Below, one piece after another: positions 24,801-37,830 of a DNA stretch of 64,000 nucleotides (position 1 is the first letter of the stretch; every line of letters begins with the position of its first letter). Made by a program: the position numbers and the translations under genes. Below the pieces are notes generated by a model. The model saw only the letters and a list, made by a program, of their open reading frames with translations. It was not told the DNA's origin and made no database searches. This DNA comes from Pavona decussata (lineage: Eukaryota): positions 496,001-560,000 of the forward strand of contig CDRNST010000057.1 of assembly GCA_977016875.1 (NCBI GenBank). Reading direction: 5' to 3'.

Positions 24801-27800
24801 GCCGCGTATGTGCGTTTATTCGGCAATGGATACAGACCTTGTAAAGAATTTATTATACCTTGAGGACATATGTTGCACAGTTCAAATTCGTTATTATATT
24901 TTAATCAATATTAATCTGGCGTCTGAGCGAAAGGATATTTCTTATCAGCAAAAGTGATTTTTTTAATACCAAAATTATCAAGTTATCACGGTTCATCAGG
25001 CAATCGAAATAACCCGAGAAACTGATCAGGGACTGCATGACAATCATACAACTCCAGACGTTTTTCGCATTTCTTTGTCAGTAGTTTATGTTTTACATAG
25101 AAAATTGGCACCACGTTGAATTATAAAAATAGACCTTATATTAATAGAGTGCTCAGATTTGCCAAATTTGAGAGCTGAATAATTTTCAGTTCCTATATCC
25201 ATTACTCAAAAAAAAAAACACTTTGCCGTGAATGATATCACACTCGGACATTCGGCTTAGCACTACTTCTAGTCGACGATCCGAAACTTTTATAAGTTAC
25301 GTACTGAGAACCAGTAATTATAAAACGTGCTGTAGCCTTACATGTAAATATGTTTCGAACATGTTAAATATGTAGTCTCAATAAACATAGTTGGCAACGT
25401 GACAAATTCTTTCCACTTACCCTTCAGACCACCATGGCCAAGACACGAACGACGGGAAAGATCTGTTTCTGTATAGAGACTGTTCAAAGAGGACGTGGTT
25501 AGTCACTGGCGATCAGTTTACGCTCCTGGTGATTTGTTTAACCACGAATGCGGGGAGACAAACATCGGTTTGTCAACTAACACCCATGATGTTGTTTTGT
25601 CTTGAGAATTACGTCTGCATTATAAATTGGGTCAATTCCAATCTGCTTACAACTTCCGGTCGTCGCCCCAGACTTACCCGAACCTACTTACAAGTTTTAA
25701 ACAGTCACTTAAAAAATGTTAAATAATCTACATGTAAGAAAACGTCTATAAAAGGATGAATGCCACTTTAACTAATGATCACACGTTTACGGATTTACGC
25801 TTCCCTTTCCTTCCTTTGGCACGGCACATCAACAACACAAATTCAATGGAAAGTACTCCTTAGAAAGTTTTGTTTTATAAAATAAATATAAAGTTAGAGC
25901 CTTTTTTTAGTGTGACCAAGAAACCAAAAAAGAATTGCGTCTATAATTGAAGGGGTTTTACGTTTGTGTGGCTCATCGTGTAGGCTGACCATAAATAGAA
26001 TAAGATCGGTGAAAATATCACATTTCCGTTATTGACCGAAAGTCAAAGGAAAGTCAGTTGATCCACCTACTATCTCTTACGTATGCTAGCCGTTATTTGG
26101 GTCGTCACGCAACACCGCCTTCAACTCATCCAACACCTACCCACTGAACAGTTTTGTGCTCTGTTTGTGTTTACGTCAATCGTGGGAGGACAATAAAAAA
26201 GAGGAAACAATGATTATAATTATCTTTTCAGTCGAAATCTGGCAGGGCAATTATTCTACTTACTGAGTTTCCTCTGAGTGGGCGTACAGCTGAAATATTT
26301 CGTTATCGAACTGATTTAAAATATACCGTGCAGCATACACGTGTACACGAGATTGAAAAGTTATAAGGGAAATGGAAGTGGCGCGCAAGTAGTCACCAAA
26401 CTAGTCCGATATTGCGAGCAGAACAAAAAGGACTCGGGCCTCAGATAGCACCGGCAGTAATTTAACTTCGCGTAAGCGCCTAGAACATACCGAAAAGAAG
26501 AAGGCGGTACCGGCCCCATGACTACAAACTGTTTGTGATACATTTTGTCGGTTCGACATAGAACGGACTCTTTTTGAGGGAGACTCTTAGCATGGAAACA
26601 GAAAGGCTAAATCCGGTTACCTCGTCGATCGGGGGTCCAGTGAAGGATAAAAATTCACTGCTGATCAGTTCTTCACAATTCCCAGCGTTGTCTATGGACT
26701 ATCCGTTGTGTGGAAATTGTTCCTCCGCTGTTCTGAAATCTTTGAATTTCAGACATCACAGAGCATCTCGAAGGCATCATTAATATTCTCAGATGATACT
26801 TGTCTTAGCAAGACAAACTGGATACAAATCTCCTTAGATCTACTAAAAAGTATGTTTTGAAACTAATGTACGAAGTATATCATCAAGCTGACCCGAGCTC
26901 TACCATTAATTTGTGAAATGTTCTCTAAAAATTCCTGCTAGATCTTTTCCGCCAACCAAACCAGCTAAATATCATTCAGTGATACTATCTATGAGTATCT
27001 CTATCTATCGATCGATATTTAACTCTAATCTGAGAGTTAAATTAGAAACTAGAATAAATACATTACAATAAAGAGGCCCTCTGATTTGGAATTTCATTAA
27101 CAAGATGGTTGAAGGTCGTTGAAGCTCCAGATAGCTTCAATAACTTTAAACAAATTTGGAAAAAGAATTCAAAAGACATTGATTCTGATCATATTTTTAA
27201 TTACATCTAACTGTTGTTTTTACTTTCTTATTTTTACTATCTTGAGAAATCTAATTGTTTTGTTTTTAGTCATTTTTTATTCATTTTTAAACGATAGTGG
27301 GCCCAAACCAGCCCTTCGGCTACCCATTGTCTTAAGCCTGCTCATCAAATGAAATATATAATCATGTATCAGTCCGTTACAGCCCGGCAATTGGCTGAAC
27401 GGATCCCGGAGGTTGCCTGAGTACTGGAAAAAAAAATGAGCCGGGCGCGTACTAAAGTCGTCTGATCACTGCACTGATCTTGACTTCTCCTCCTTTTGCT
27501 GATTTCTCCAGTTTCTCTGCGAGAAAAGAGGACAAGACTTGACCGTATACTCAAGACAATGCACGGATGGGCCCGGAACTTTGAGTTGGCTATAACCGGA
27601 CTCCACCCAAGAGGCACTTTTTTGCTGTATCAGATTACAAAACGTTTAGAAGTAGTCCTTTACCGTACAGTGTTGTCCAAGGTGTACAATAGCCCACTGT
27701 ATAGTTGTGAGGCCGGTGTTGACTCTGTTTTCATGCAAAACTCACTGTTTTTCGTATGGAAATCATATAAGTGTTCTTGTGCTAAGTAGTTTTTACCAGC

Positions 27801-27859
27801 CTCGCTTTCACTTGAAGAGATTACTGCAACAAAGCCTCCAAATTACTAGTCCTCTCGCA

Positions 27860-28000
27860 NNNNNNNNNNNNNNNNNNNNNNNNNNNNNNNNNNNNNNNNN
27901 NNNNNNNNNNNNNNNNNNNNNNNNNNNNNNNNNNNNNNNNNNNNNNNNNNNNNNNNNNNNNNNNNNNNNNNNNNNNNNNNNNNNNNNNNNNNNNNNNNNN
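27860..28000. other. Assembly gap (N run)
   Basis: 141 N. Confidence 1.
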
Positions 28001-28358
28001 GCGCAGTTTCTATAAAAATATTCAACTGCGCCTTACAATAAATATTAAATTAAAAATAAAATAGAAGTTCAAAATTACAATTCCAAAATTCCATAAATGA
28101 ACGTATGAACGTAGTATATGGCTATATTGTATGCAGTGTGCGGATAACGGCTATTTTAACCGTGTCAAACCACTATGTGATAGTTACACCAAATATCTAC
28201 CCATGAAAAAGGTTAACCGCTGAGTACGAGGCAATCTCGTGCCCAGACCTCCCAGTAACATTGCTTCGGTGTGACACGCGCCCTCGTATACTGACATGTT
28301 TGTATGTTGTTTTGTTTCTGCTGAGTCTACTATTTTGTAAACATTACTTGATGTACTT

Positions 28359-31300
28359 ATGGGACAGCAGTATAGTTTTGCTGTCAAGGTTTTGCAAGAA
28401 CATGCTCTTGTGCTCAAAGACTTAGCGGTTCTAAATCAGGAAAGCCTTTCATGTACGTAAGCATTATTGATTTTTTTGCTGTACATGCAGTTACACTGTA
28501 GTTCGAAAGTTATTTATCAAGCTTACACAAAAATCGATTTGCCTAGCATGATTTAGTGCCTACCTGTCTCCAGATGTCAACATTTCCTTTATTCCTGACG
28601 TTGCTTAGCTTGGTGTGATTAATTTCTTTGTCTAGGTGCTGTAGAGTACCTCAACAAAACGTGAGTGTCTATTTTGAAATATATCAACTACAACGTTCAG
28701 AAACATTATCAGTTACACTGAATTATCAACATAAACAGCAAGAAAAAGAAAAAGAGCGAAAACAAAGTAGTTTGATTTCAAAGTGAATTCCAACTTCTTT
28801 CCATTTAGGTGTTCAATGTTCATGAGAATGATGTTACAAAAACAATAGACTTGGTAGATGTACATGTATATGATTGCAGAAATTGGTCATGTGCTCATGA
28901 TATTTATGCAAAAGTGAAATCAATTTTTTTAGTTTTCAATGTAACATGGCTAACAATGTAATGGAAGTCCTTCTTATGCCAAAGTTCTGTCTGTATTAAG
29001 TCTTGCAGACCTTGCTTGGCTTCCGAAACATGTAACATAAATGTACAAACTTTCATTTTCTGGGTACATATCTAAGGACAAAAAATCCAGCGCACAGTTA
29101 CCCAAACTAACTTCAACTTGTTGAAATGATTAAATGCAGCTGTGATTGGCTATCAAGGGTAATCAAAGTAAGAACCCTTCTTTGAATTTTTAGGGCAGAA
29201 ATTACCCAGACATCAAATCAAACATTCAGTAATTGAGCACAAAAATCTAATCAAACATAATCATCTACTAATTTAATTCACCATAACATAATCATCTATT
29301 TGATAAAACACAACAAAAACAAAATTTAATTAATTCAATTATTGAGTACTGGCCAGTTTTGTTCAATTTCTAATTTTCTCTCCCTGTTGCTTGGAGTGTG
29401 GGTTGATGTCGACTTCCTTTAAATTGGATATGTATTAGCTGCATTTTTTCCTTATCCCATGCTTGTGACGTGTCAAATAGTACATCTTTCTTAACCCTTT
29501 AAGCCCTGACAGTGATCAGCATCAATTTTCGCCTTGTAACGTCAATGCTTGTTAAGCAGCCCATGAGGTCATGAGAATTAAGGAAATTATCACCCAAGGT
29601 GAATTTTCTTTATAAATAAAATACGTGTAACTTCTCCACAGTACTTTTTATAAGATAAGTATGGGAGAACATAGGAGAATTTGTTCTTTGATATTAGGGT
29701 TAAAGGAATAGAGAGAGGTTCTCTTTACTTTCAACCCTTTAAACCCTACTGAGATGCCTTAGTTTATATATTGAGGGTAACCCCACCAGTGACTGGATGT
29801 CCCTGCTTAAAAATATCAACGGGAGCCAGGAGCTCTCCTAAAAACTATAATTCCAATTGATGCAAGTTAAGAATATATACTACTCTTTAAGACTATAGAC
29901 CCTATTCAAAAATGTCTGACATTTTAATATTCTTTTGTTTGCGTTCAAATAAGCCTCACTAGCCTCGTTCTTGAGTTCAAAAAATCAAAAGAATATTTCA
30001 CCTTGAAAGAGGCTAGTGAGGCTAACTTGAATACAGACAAAAGAATATCAAAATGTCAGACATTTTTGCATAGGGTCTATTAACATGTAAATACTAAGTT
30101 AATTGTAAAGCACATGTACTAATAAATCAAATAATTGTTGATCTATTGTAAGTAATTCATATATTTGAGAAAATTATGAAGCTTTTAATGTGTCTGTTGT
30201 AAATTTACACATAACTGGACATGTTTTGAAGCATCAGATACAATTTGAATTCAGAAAAGTAGGCTGAGATTTTTTAAGGGACAAACAAGAATCACTTGAA
30301 AATGTTTTATTATATTTTGTATTTTCAGACTCAAGACCTTTGCAGAGGACCGGGGACATCAGATTCTGTTCACAATAAAAGAACCTACAGAGGAACATTA
30401 TCATGGCTACCTGTGGAAAGCCACTACTAGAATATTTTGTTACAAGGTCAGGAAACACCTGATTTGAATTTGGTAAAAATAATAGCTTGCTTTAGTGAGC
30501 AAGATTTTACAGAGAACATTACAATTGGCAAGAAAGATAATTTATGGCAAGGAGAGATCCCAAAGAAATAACCTAATTGTGATAGAGAAAAGCATGGCCA
30601 TTCAAAGTGGCTTGTGGTGATATATTGAATCTTTTTTTAAGATGTAAGTTACCCATTGTGGGATGAAGGTGCTCTGTAAGAATGTATACAGCTGTTTCGA
30701 CAAAAGTTGTCCAAAAAAAGCATAAAAGCGTACGCGACAATGCCGAAAAGTAGTCTGGGAATTGCCCAATAGATTTCAATAAAAACTCAGAATCCATATT
30801 TCCTGCCATCTCAAGTCTTTGCTGTACGGTCGAGGCATTACGGATTCTGAGCTTTTATTGAAATCTGGGTATTTCTTAGACTAACGTTCGGCATGGTTGC
30901 GTACGCTTTTACGCTTTCTTTGGACAACCTTTGTCGAAACAGCTGTATATTAAAAAAAAGGTTAAATGATAGTAGAAATTGACAGGAGGAAAAGAAATCA
31001 TTATTAACCTGGAGGAAACTCTTCCTTTGTGGTGCCAAAAACCTTATATCATGGCAGCATTATAAGAGTACAACTACACCATCCAAGCAAACCACGGCAA
31101 CTTATCCACATAGTGATTTTGTTATGTTGACCTACCATGTCACTCAGAACCTATTCCATGATCTGATATTTGTTATTTTACAATAGGTGGATTCTTCCAA
31201 TTCCCATGTTGAAAGTCAACGAGTAATGGATCTTAGACAGTTCTGCAAGTTGTATCGTGATATCACAAAGCAACTTAGGCACACTCACAGTCATGAAGAT

Positions 31301-34265
31301 GAGGACTGGGAGAGAGTGGATTGTAATGGGGAGGTAACTTGTAGTTATGGTTTTATTTTTTTCTCTGTTTGTGAGTGGGTAGTATGCTAGAAATCCTGCA
31401 ATCTGATTGGCTCCAGGAGCAAGCAGAATTTTCCTATCTCGGACCACAGTCATGGCAACCGGAATCTGTGGGAAAAACGAGAAGTGAGATCATTTTACTC
31501 TGATTGGGTGTGATGAAAGATTGGACTTTTCCTTTTGAAATGATTTACTTTTTGCTCACTAAACGATGTAAAATGAAGGAAAAAATCAGCAATGGAATAA
31601 AAGGACTGGTTGTTCTCCAAAGAGGCAAGTAATTTGTATTAATGTGATTTTGTGGACAAAACTTTGCTGTTTTGCGAGATTGTTTTTCTTACAAGTTGAC
31701 CCGCCGTTTAATGTAATTAGTGTAACTGCAGTCTAGTCTTTTGAGCTCACTTTTTCAGTCCATGTTTGTTATTTCCCTTGGAGTTTTATTTTTTAATCTT
31801 ATCCCATTTTGCTGATTCTCAGCTAAAGTAGTCATTCAAATGCCTCGCAACACTGCATCATTTGCAGTCTCGTTAGGATACTACTGTCAAGTTTTTCTTG
31901 CGTACTTTTCTTATTAATTTTAGCACTGATTTGTGATGATCTTGGCGGAGAACAAATACAAATACTTAAACTAAGATATTTAACAATTATTCCATGAGCG
32001 CGTGTTGGATATGAGATGGTAAATAGTTGGCTTTAACTAATCTCATATCCAACATAACAATTATAAGTATCAGCAGGTCCGCTAGATATATTTATCTACC
32101 AAAATTTTGGAAAAGGTAGCCCATGAAAATTTGTGGAGATTTTGTGAAGCGACACTGATTCACAGGCTTTATGGCCCATGGAAGGTTGAGAATGATGAGA
32201 GAGGAAAGGAGAAAGAATAGAGAGGAGAGGGAAAACAGATGAATGATGGTGTGGGTTTGGGAGTCCACTTCAAGTGGACTTTTCACATTGTACTGTAAGG
32301 AGATACCAAATATTTTTGTGTTTTTTAGACATGGGAGTCATGTCCAGTGAGACTAGAAGAAGTCAGGGAATCTTTGTGTGCTTCAATGATTATAACAAGG
32401 TACCAAATTTAACTCTGTTTTACCAGCGAGTAATAACACAATATAATAGAGTCCTTGCATATCACTCTCAACAGTGTACAAGAGATAACTGATGTTCAGG
32501 ACAGCAGTAGTCTAGACTACCATATAACATGAAACTACTAAATTAGGGGAGCAGGGATGGCGCAGTAGTGAGAAACTCGCCTCGTATCAATGTGGCCTGG
32601 GTTTGACTCCTGGTGTTGACGCCATATGTGGGCTGAGTTTGTTGTTGGTTTCGTCGGTGTTTCTCCAGGGTCTCTGGTTTTCCTCTCTCCATGAAAACCA
32701 ACATTTCCAAATTCCAATTCGACTTGGGAACATTTTTTAGACATTTATTTATACTGGCGGGATCATCGGGACTGCTTTTAGAGTTACCTGATTTTTTCAT
32801 TCTTTTTATTTTAATATCCCCTTCCTTGTTGAACCAGCCTCAAATAACTCAAAAGCTACCTGCAGGTCCTCAAACTGTTTCTTGATAAAACTTAATACAC
32901 TCATCTGCAACTGATGTCCTTTCAAGTTTAGGTTGGTTTACCCAGGAGCAGCGCAGGTTCTTTCATTGTTTGCCTGTATGTTTATAAATGCGTCAATGAA
33001 ATCATGCTCATAATAAAATTATGGCCCTCTTCGCAAATAGGGGTGTTCATGAGCACAATACTCAGAACAGAGATAACCTGAGACTACCCATGTGAAAGAG
33101 GAACTGGGGAATATCTACAAATGTTGATTCATCAACTCTCACTATTACCAACTCTCTATTGTGACATTGAGTTGCTGTGACTGTGACTGTTCTATTGGGA
33201 GTTGACAGTAATACACCCCATCCAATTTCTTGGATGCTTCTGAGTACATTTACCTGCATGCATCTAGAAATTTATAACTTATGGCCTACATTACTACAGG
33301 TACCGGTACTCCATCGTGTACTTACCTCAAAAATGTTCCTTCTTGTAGAGTTGATAAAGTAGCTGCAGAAGATTCTGAGAGTGAAGAGTGTTGTATATGT
33401 ATGGAGCAAAAGGCTGAAGTAATCTTGGCTTGTGTACATAGCTTTTGTAAATCGTGCATTGAAAGATGGTAAGTAAGCATATTTTTTTCTGTTCTTGCAT
33501 GCATAATTGATTGTCATGTTTTTGTGACCACAAGCGAAAGGCTGAATTTTCAAACCACATTATCCCTTTTTTGTACGTTTTCTATCAATAATATTTTAAA
33601 ATCATGCATTTGCTGATTTTGTTTATTCTGTGGGGAACAGAGGAATGTGCCGCTGGGATCGAAGCTTGTCAAGTGCAAAACTGAGATCAGACCAGAATAT
33701 AAAATAAAATTAACAAATTATTCAATTAAATGAAAGTACATGAATATTTTATCATGCTGTGCCATACAAACACAAATACAATGTGCAACACACTGTAATA
33801 TATATAATAATAAAATTCACAACACAACACAACAGCAAAAAACAAACAAAGTACATTCAGTACAGCACAGCACAGCACAGCTAACACAATTTACACAACT
33901 GCAACAACAACACATTTGCTCTGTTACTTCCTGTTTATTGTGTCCCTAATTAACACAACTGTGCTAAATACATTGATACTTTAGGTTGCCAGTATTATGC
34001 TGATTATTTTTTTAATTTGTAACACAGTACAATGTATCACAACACACCACAAGCCTTTGTTTAATATCTGCCTCTGATTATTTATGCAACTGTCACCAAG
34101 TCCTTATCGTTCATTCACAGGAGTGATGTTAACAACACTTGTCCGATATGCCGAGATGAAATTCATGGACATAAAGACTACTGGGAAGTACCAGAACCTC
34201 CCAGTAAGACAGAGATTGGCAACTTTGTACTGGGAATGGCTGAAGGAGCTGGTGATCCCACTTGA
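28359..34265 (+). CDS. RNF141: RING finger protein 141 (C3HC4 E3 ligase, predicted N-myristoylated), 239 aa
   Basis: Exons 28359-28452, 28636-28660, 30329-30446, 31187-31333, 32329-32399, 33349-33468, 34121-34265 (720 nt). N-terminus [80 protein letters not shown] and tail MAEGAGDPT* are all colinear with vertebrate RNF141 as I recall it. Confidence 0.93.
29491..29706. mobile_element. piggyBac-like MITE (TTAA-CCCTT ends); other copies at 42088-42295 (reverse) and ~53225-53433
   Basis: Three copies share CAGTGAT.AGCATCAA.TT.., ATCACCCAAGGTG.A, TTTGATATTAGG..TTAAAGG. Confidence 0.75.
29895..30080. mobile_element. Palindromic MITE
   Basis: ATAGACCCTATTCAAAAATGTCTGACATTTT ... AAAATGTCAGACATTTTTGCATAGGGTCTAT; arms of about 75 bp. 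Confidence 0.9.
32546..32730 (+). mobile_element. tRNA-derived SINE
   Basis: Box A TGGCGCAGTAG, box B GGTTTGACTCC, body ATGTGGGCTGAGTTTGTTGTTGG, tail TCCAAATTCCAATTCGAC; no cloverleaf. Confidence 0.75.
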
Positions 34266-35613
34266 AAGCCTGCCTTAATGCACCTATCATCTGCCATCGC
34301 CTGATGGGGGGAGGGGGTGGGGGCAAAGCAGGGGACTTTGTAAAGTTTCTTCTTGAAAGTCCTTATTTTTCCCTCTTGGAAGGGGACATAGACCAATCAC
34401 AAAAAAAAGAAAATGCCACTCCTAGAGAGTCATGACAGAAAAAAAAAATGTGAACTTAATAGCTGGGCCCTTTGTGGTGAGCACCATCTTTGTTTTGCAA
34501 TAGCTATGGTACCACATCTTACATGTATCACATTGGATTATTGGATTGATTGGTATGATAATACCTGAGCTGACAGAATCCACCAACGTCAAACTCTTCA
34601 GAGCACATGGCGCAAGATTAGCTCAGGAAACTTCATGCACAGTGATCTGTTGCCCATCATTTACAAAAACCACAACATGGCTTCTTGTATTACAAAGGTC
34701 CCTATACTTTCCCTGCATGGTAAGGTATGATAAAACAAACCTCCTTCATTTCACCCTCCTTGCTTGGGAAATTATTAATCAAACCTTCATATAATTCCCT
34801 ATGTGTAAAAAGGTCTACTTGCCAGCCCCCAGGCCCCCTCCCCCTTTCAGGGGATAGCATAATGACAGGTGCAAGCCTACAGCAGAGACATTTCTTGAAA
34901 GATGCCGAGGATTGAGTCCTGTGTCTTTCAAGGATAATTGAGGTGGGGGGGGGGGGGGTGGAGAAGAGAAATATGTCACAGGACCAGGTTTTCATTAACG
35001 TTTAATGTAGGTTTCAGAGCTAAGTATGGTTGGTGACGATCTGGGCAGTTTTTATAAGAATTGGTTCGAAAATAAGGGCAAATCAGATGACTACTTGGGT
35101 TCAAATCATGTCAGATGAACAACAAAATCTGGCCGTTGCTGCCTTTTAATGAAATCTCTGCAGGATTTCCCAAGATGGCAGACTGGAAACTGGAAAACAA
35201 ATAATAGTATGGGTAAAGGGGACTTATTCTTGAGGTGTACCAAACATTTGGGAAGACGTTTCCAAAAAATAGTCTGGGGCCATTTGATATTCAACCGAAA
35301 TTTCTTTTTTTTTTTTTTTTTATTCTTTATTTTTTGCAGTGCTTAAGTCGCTCACTTCACAAACTACACTCTTTCTTATAAGAACGTCTAATTTTGGGGC
35401 TGAGGCTGAACGTTCTTCTTTTTTATTATTATCTTATTTTTTTTTTGCGATTTGAGCCTATAAATGTTCTTAACCAGGAGCCTAGTCTTAAAGTTGTGTG
35501 GTTCCTCCCATTTGCCAAATTTGTGACATAAAGGTTCCACGAGCTTCCACTTAGTGGGGGAGGGGAGGATGAGAGTAGGATAGGTATTGACTGTATTGAA
35601 GAAAAAGAAAGGA

Positions 35614-35753
35614 NNNNNNNNNNNNNNNNNNNNNNNNNNNNNNNNNNNNNNNNNNNNNNNNNNNNNNNNNNNNNNNNNNNNNNNNNNNNNNNNNNNNNNN
35701 NNNNNNNNNNNNNNNNNNNNNNNNNNNNNNNNNNNNNNNNNNNNNNNNNNNNN
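35614..35753. other. Assembly gap (N run)
   Basis: 140 N. Confidence 1.
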
Positions 35754-37637
35754 AATTTCATAAAATGTTGAACTGCACATAGCAATAGTAGATAAAATTT
35801 CCTACTACAACTCTATAATGAGATAAAATGTTATATTAAGAAAAAAGATACAAACGTGGAAAATACAAAGCTATGATAAAAATGCAAAAGGAAAAAGGTG
35901 CGATTTTAACTTTTTACTTCATAACTTGCGTGTACACTACACAAACAGAACTTATCTAATCTTTAATTGTGATAATTGCATCATGAAAACGCAAGCCGTC
36001 AACTAAATTATACAACTATTCAAGGCTCCCCATATGCAGTTGGAACTCAAGCTCGGCACCAACTTTGATAACAAGAGTTGGGGTTTTTAAATCCGTCTTT
36101 TAAGAAAATAAACCACTGTCTGATGGAAGCTATTTTTTATAGTGTGTTTGGGAAGAGGAGAGAACTGAATAAAATACAACATATTGCAATTTAAAAAGAA
36201 CTCTTGCCTGAGAGCGGTTTTCAATAATGAGGCGGAAGGTTATTTCGCGTTTGCTTTGGTTTTGCATTACTACACTCTGTGATTGGTTAAGTAAACTCGC
36301 GCCACTTTCTCAACCAATGGGAATCCAAACCAACACCAATCGTGTTTTCTCGCGCTTGGCGCCAGTTGTTGCAGAGTAATTTCCTTGGTTTTGGTTTTAT
36401 CTGTTGATCTCTACTGAGTAGTCTACCCTCCATATACCTCACATCAAAGGTAATCAAGACAAATGAGAGTATTCTGCTCCAGGCACTCATGATTCTGGCG
36501 GTCAATCTCCCGATAGTAGTGCTCTCTTGTTGAATCCGTTGTGTTGTTTTCTTTTTTGCTCGCGTGCCATCTTTGCTTGGCAATTAGTGCGTTATAAAGG
36601 GCCCTCCACAGACCCTCCTATTTTCCATCCCCGAAAGATTAAACGTTCTTGCTTAGGGAGTTGGCATGCCTGATGACTATTTGTGAAATGGAGGTTTCAT
36701 ACAGGGAGGCAATTCCCGGATGGAAGTTCAACACCTTACTCTGTCACATAATTTTTACTGAAAAGGGGTATCCCGGTCTTCACATACAAAAAGCAGAAAA
36801 TTGCACTCCTTTCCCATACCTCAAAGATACGCGAACGGAATTTCTGAAGGGTCAAACTGATCATGGGCAGGAATTCTGACAAATTCTTGGCAGAAATTGT
36901 AACGCCACTGTGTAGATTGGACTAGATTGAGCGCCGGCAAATTCGAAACTTCAACATCCCAACCCGTGTATTTGGAGTTTTGAAGATTAGGTTGTTGAAA
37001 TTTCCTCCTCCTGGGGCCAAAAGGGTTCAAATTCTCCACCCCGAGCGGGCACGGTACACAGCCAAAGACCTAGGGGAGAGGGCGATGACGCTGCAAAGTT
37101 ATTCTTCTACCTTGTCTACCTTTAACCTTTTCGTACCGACGAGGTTAAAAAAGGCACCCTTTCATTTTGGCCGGAGTCTCCCCGTATAATCCCGCTGTAC
37201 CACTGTTGGATGCGCGAAGGGAAAGTTCTCCTCTCCTTGCCTTGGCGTATCCTTGAGGAGTATACAAGAAAGGGATTCAATTTTTTTATTTATGTGTGTG
37301 AAAAAGACGACCATTTCGGTAATATGAAAGAGAAGGGTATAACCTTCTGGCAGAGCGTTTCCGAACTTTCCCCGCAGCCGGTGGGGGACATAATTATCGC
37401 ATCATTGGCATCATCCAGGGATTATTCCTGTTTTTTTTTTTTTTTTTTTGGGGGGGGGGGGGGTGGCGGGCGGGGGAATAATTTGTTGACAATTCCGCCA
37501 ATAATGCAATAGTGGAGATGTTTGCCAAATCCGACTTTTGTTTTGGAGCAGGAAAGCCGACGACTATATTCCGAATCCACGCGTCTCTTGATCAGCGGAG
37601 TTATCGTAGTACCCAGGTCACTCGTTACACGGAGAGT

Positions 37638-37674
37638 GGGAAGTTTGAATGAAGTGCTTTGATGGACGTTTGAA
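37638..37674 (+). promoter_or_regulatory. Putative CHR (TTTGAA) cell-cycle promoter elements of the RhoGEF gene
   Basis: GGGAAG-TTTGAA (37644-37649) and a second TTTGAA (37669-37674), 160-190 bp upstream of the ATG in a CpG-richer region. Confidence 0.4.
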
Positions 37675-37830
37675 TATTCGTTGTTTTGCGACGAAATCTT
37701 GGCATCTTCAAGCGTTTATATGCTGTAATTCTTCGCTTGGTCTACAGAAAAGCGTTCAAACGTAATTCACTACAGCTTTTGTTTTTCAATTTTGTTCGCA
37801 CGCCTTCGGAAAGTTTAAATTGCTCACATC

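Noticed and set aside
36287-36583. Minus-strand ORF with signal-peptide-like MSAWSRILSFVLITF
   Set aside because: It runs into a MITE after about 30 codons and I found no continuing exons, although the nearby gap limits certainty.
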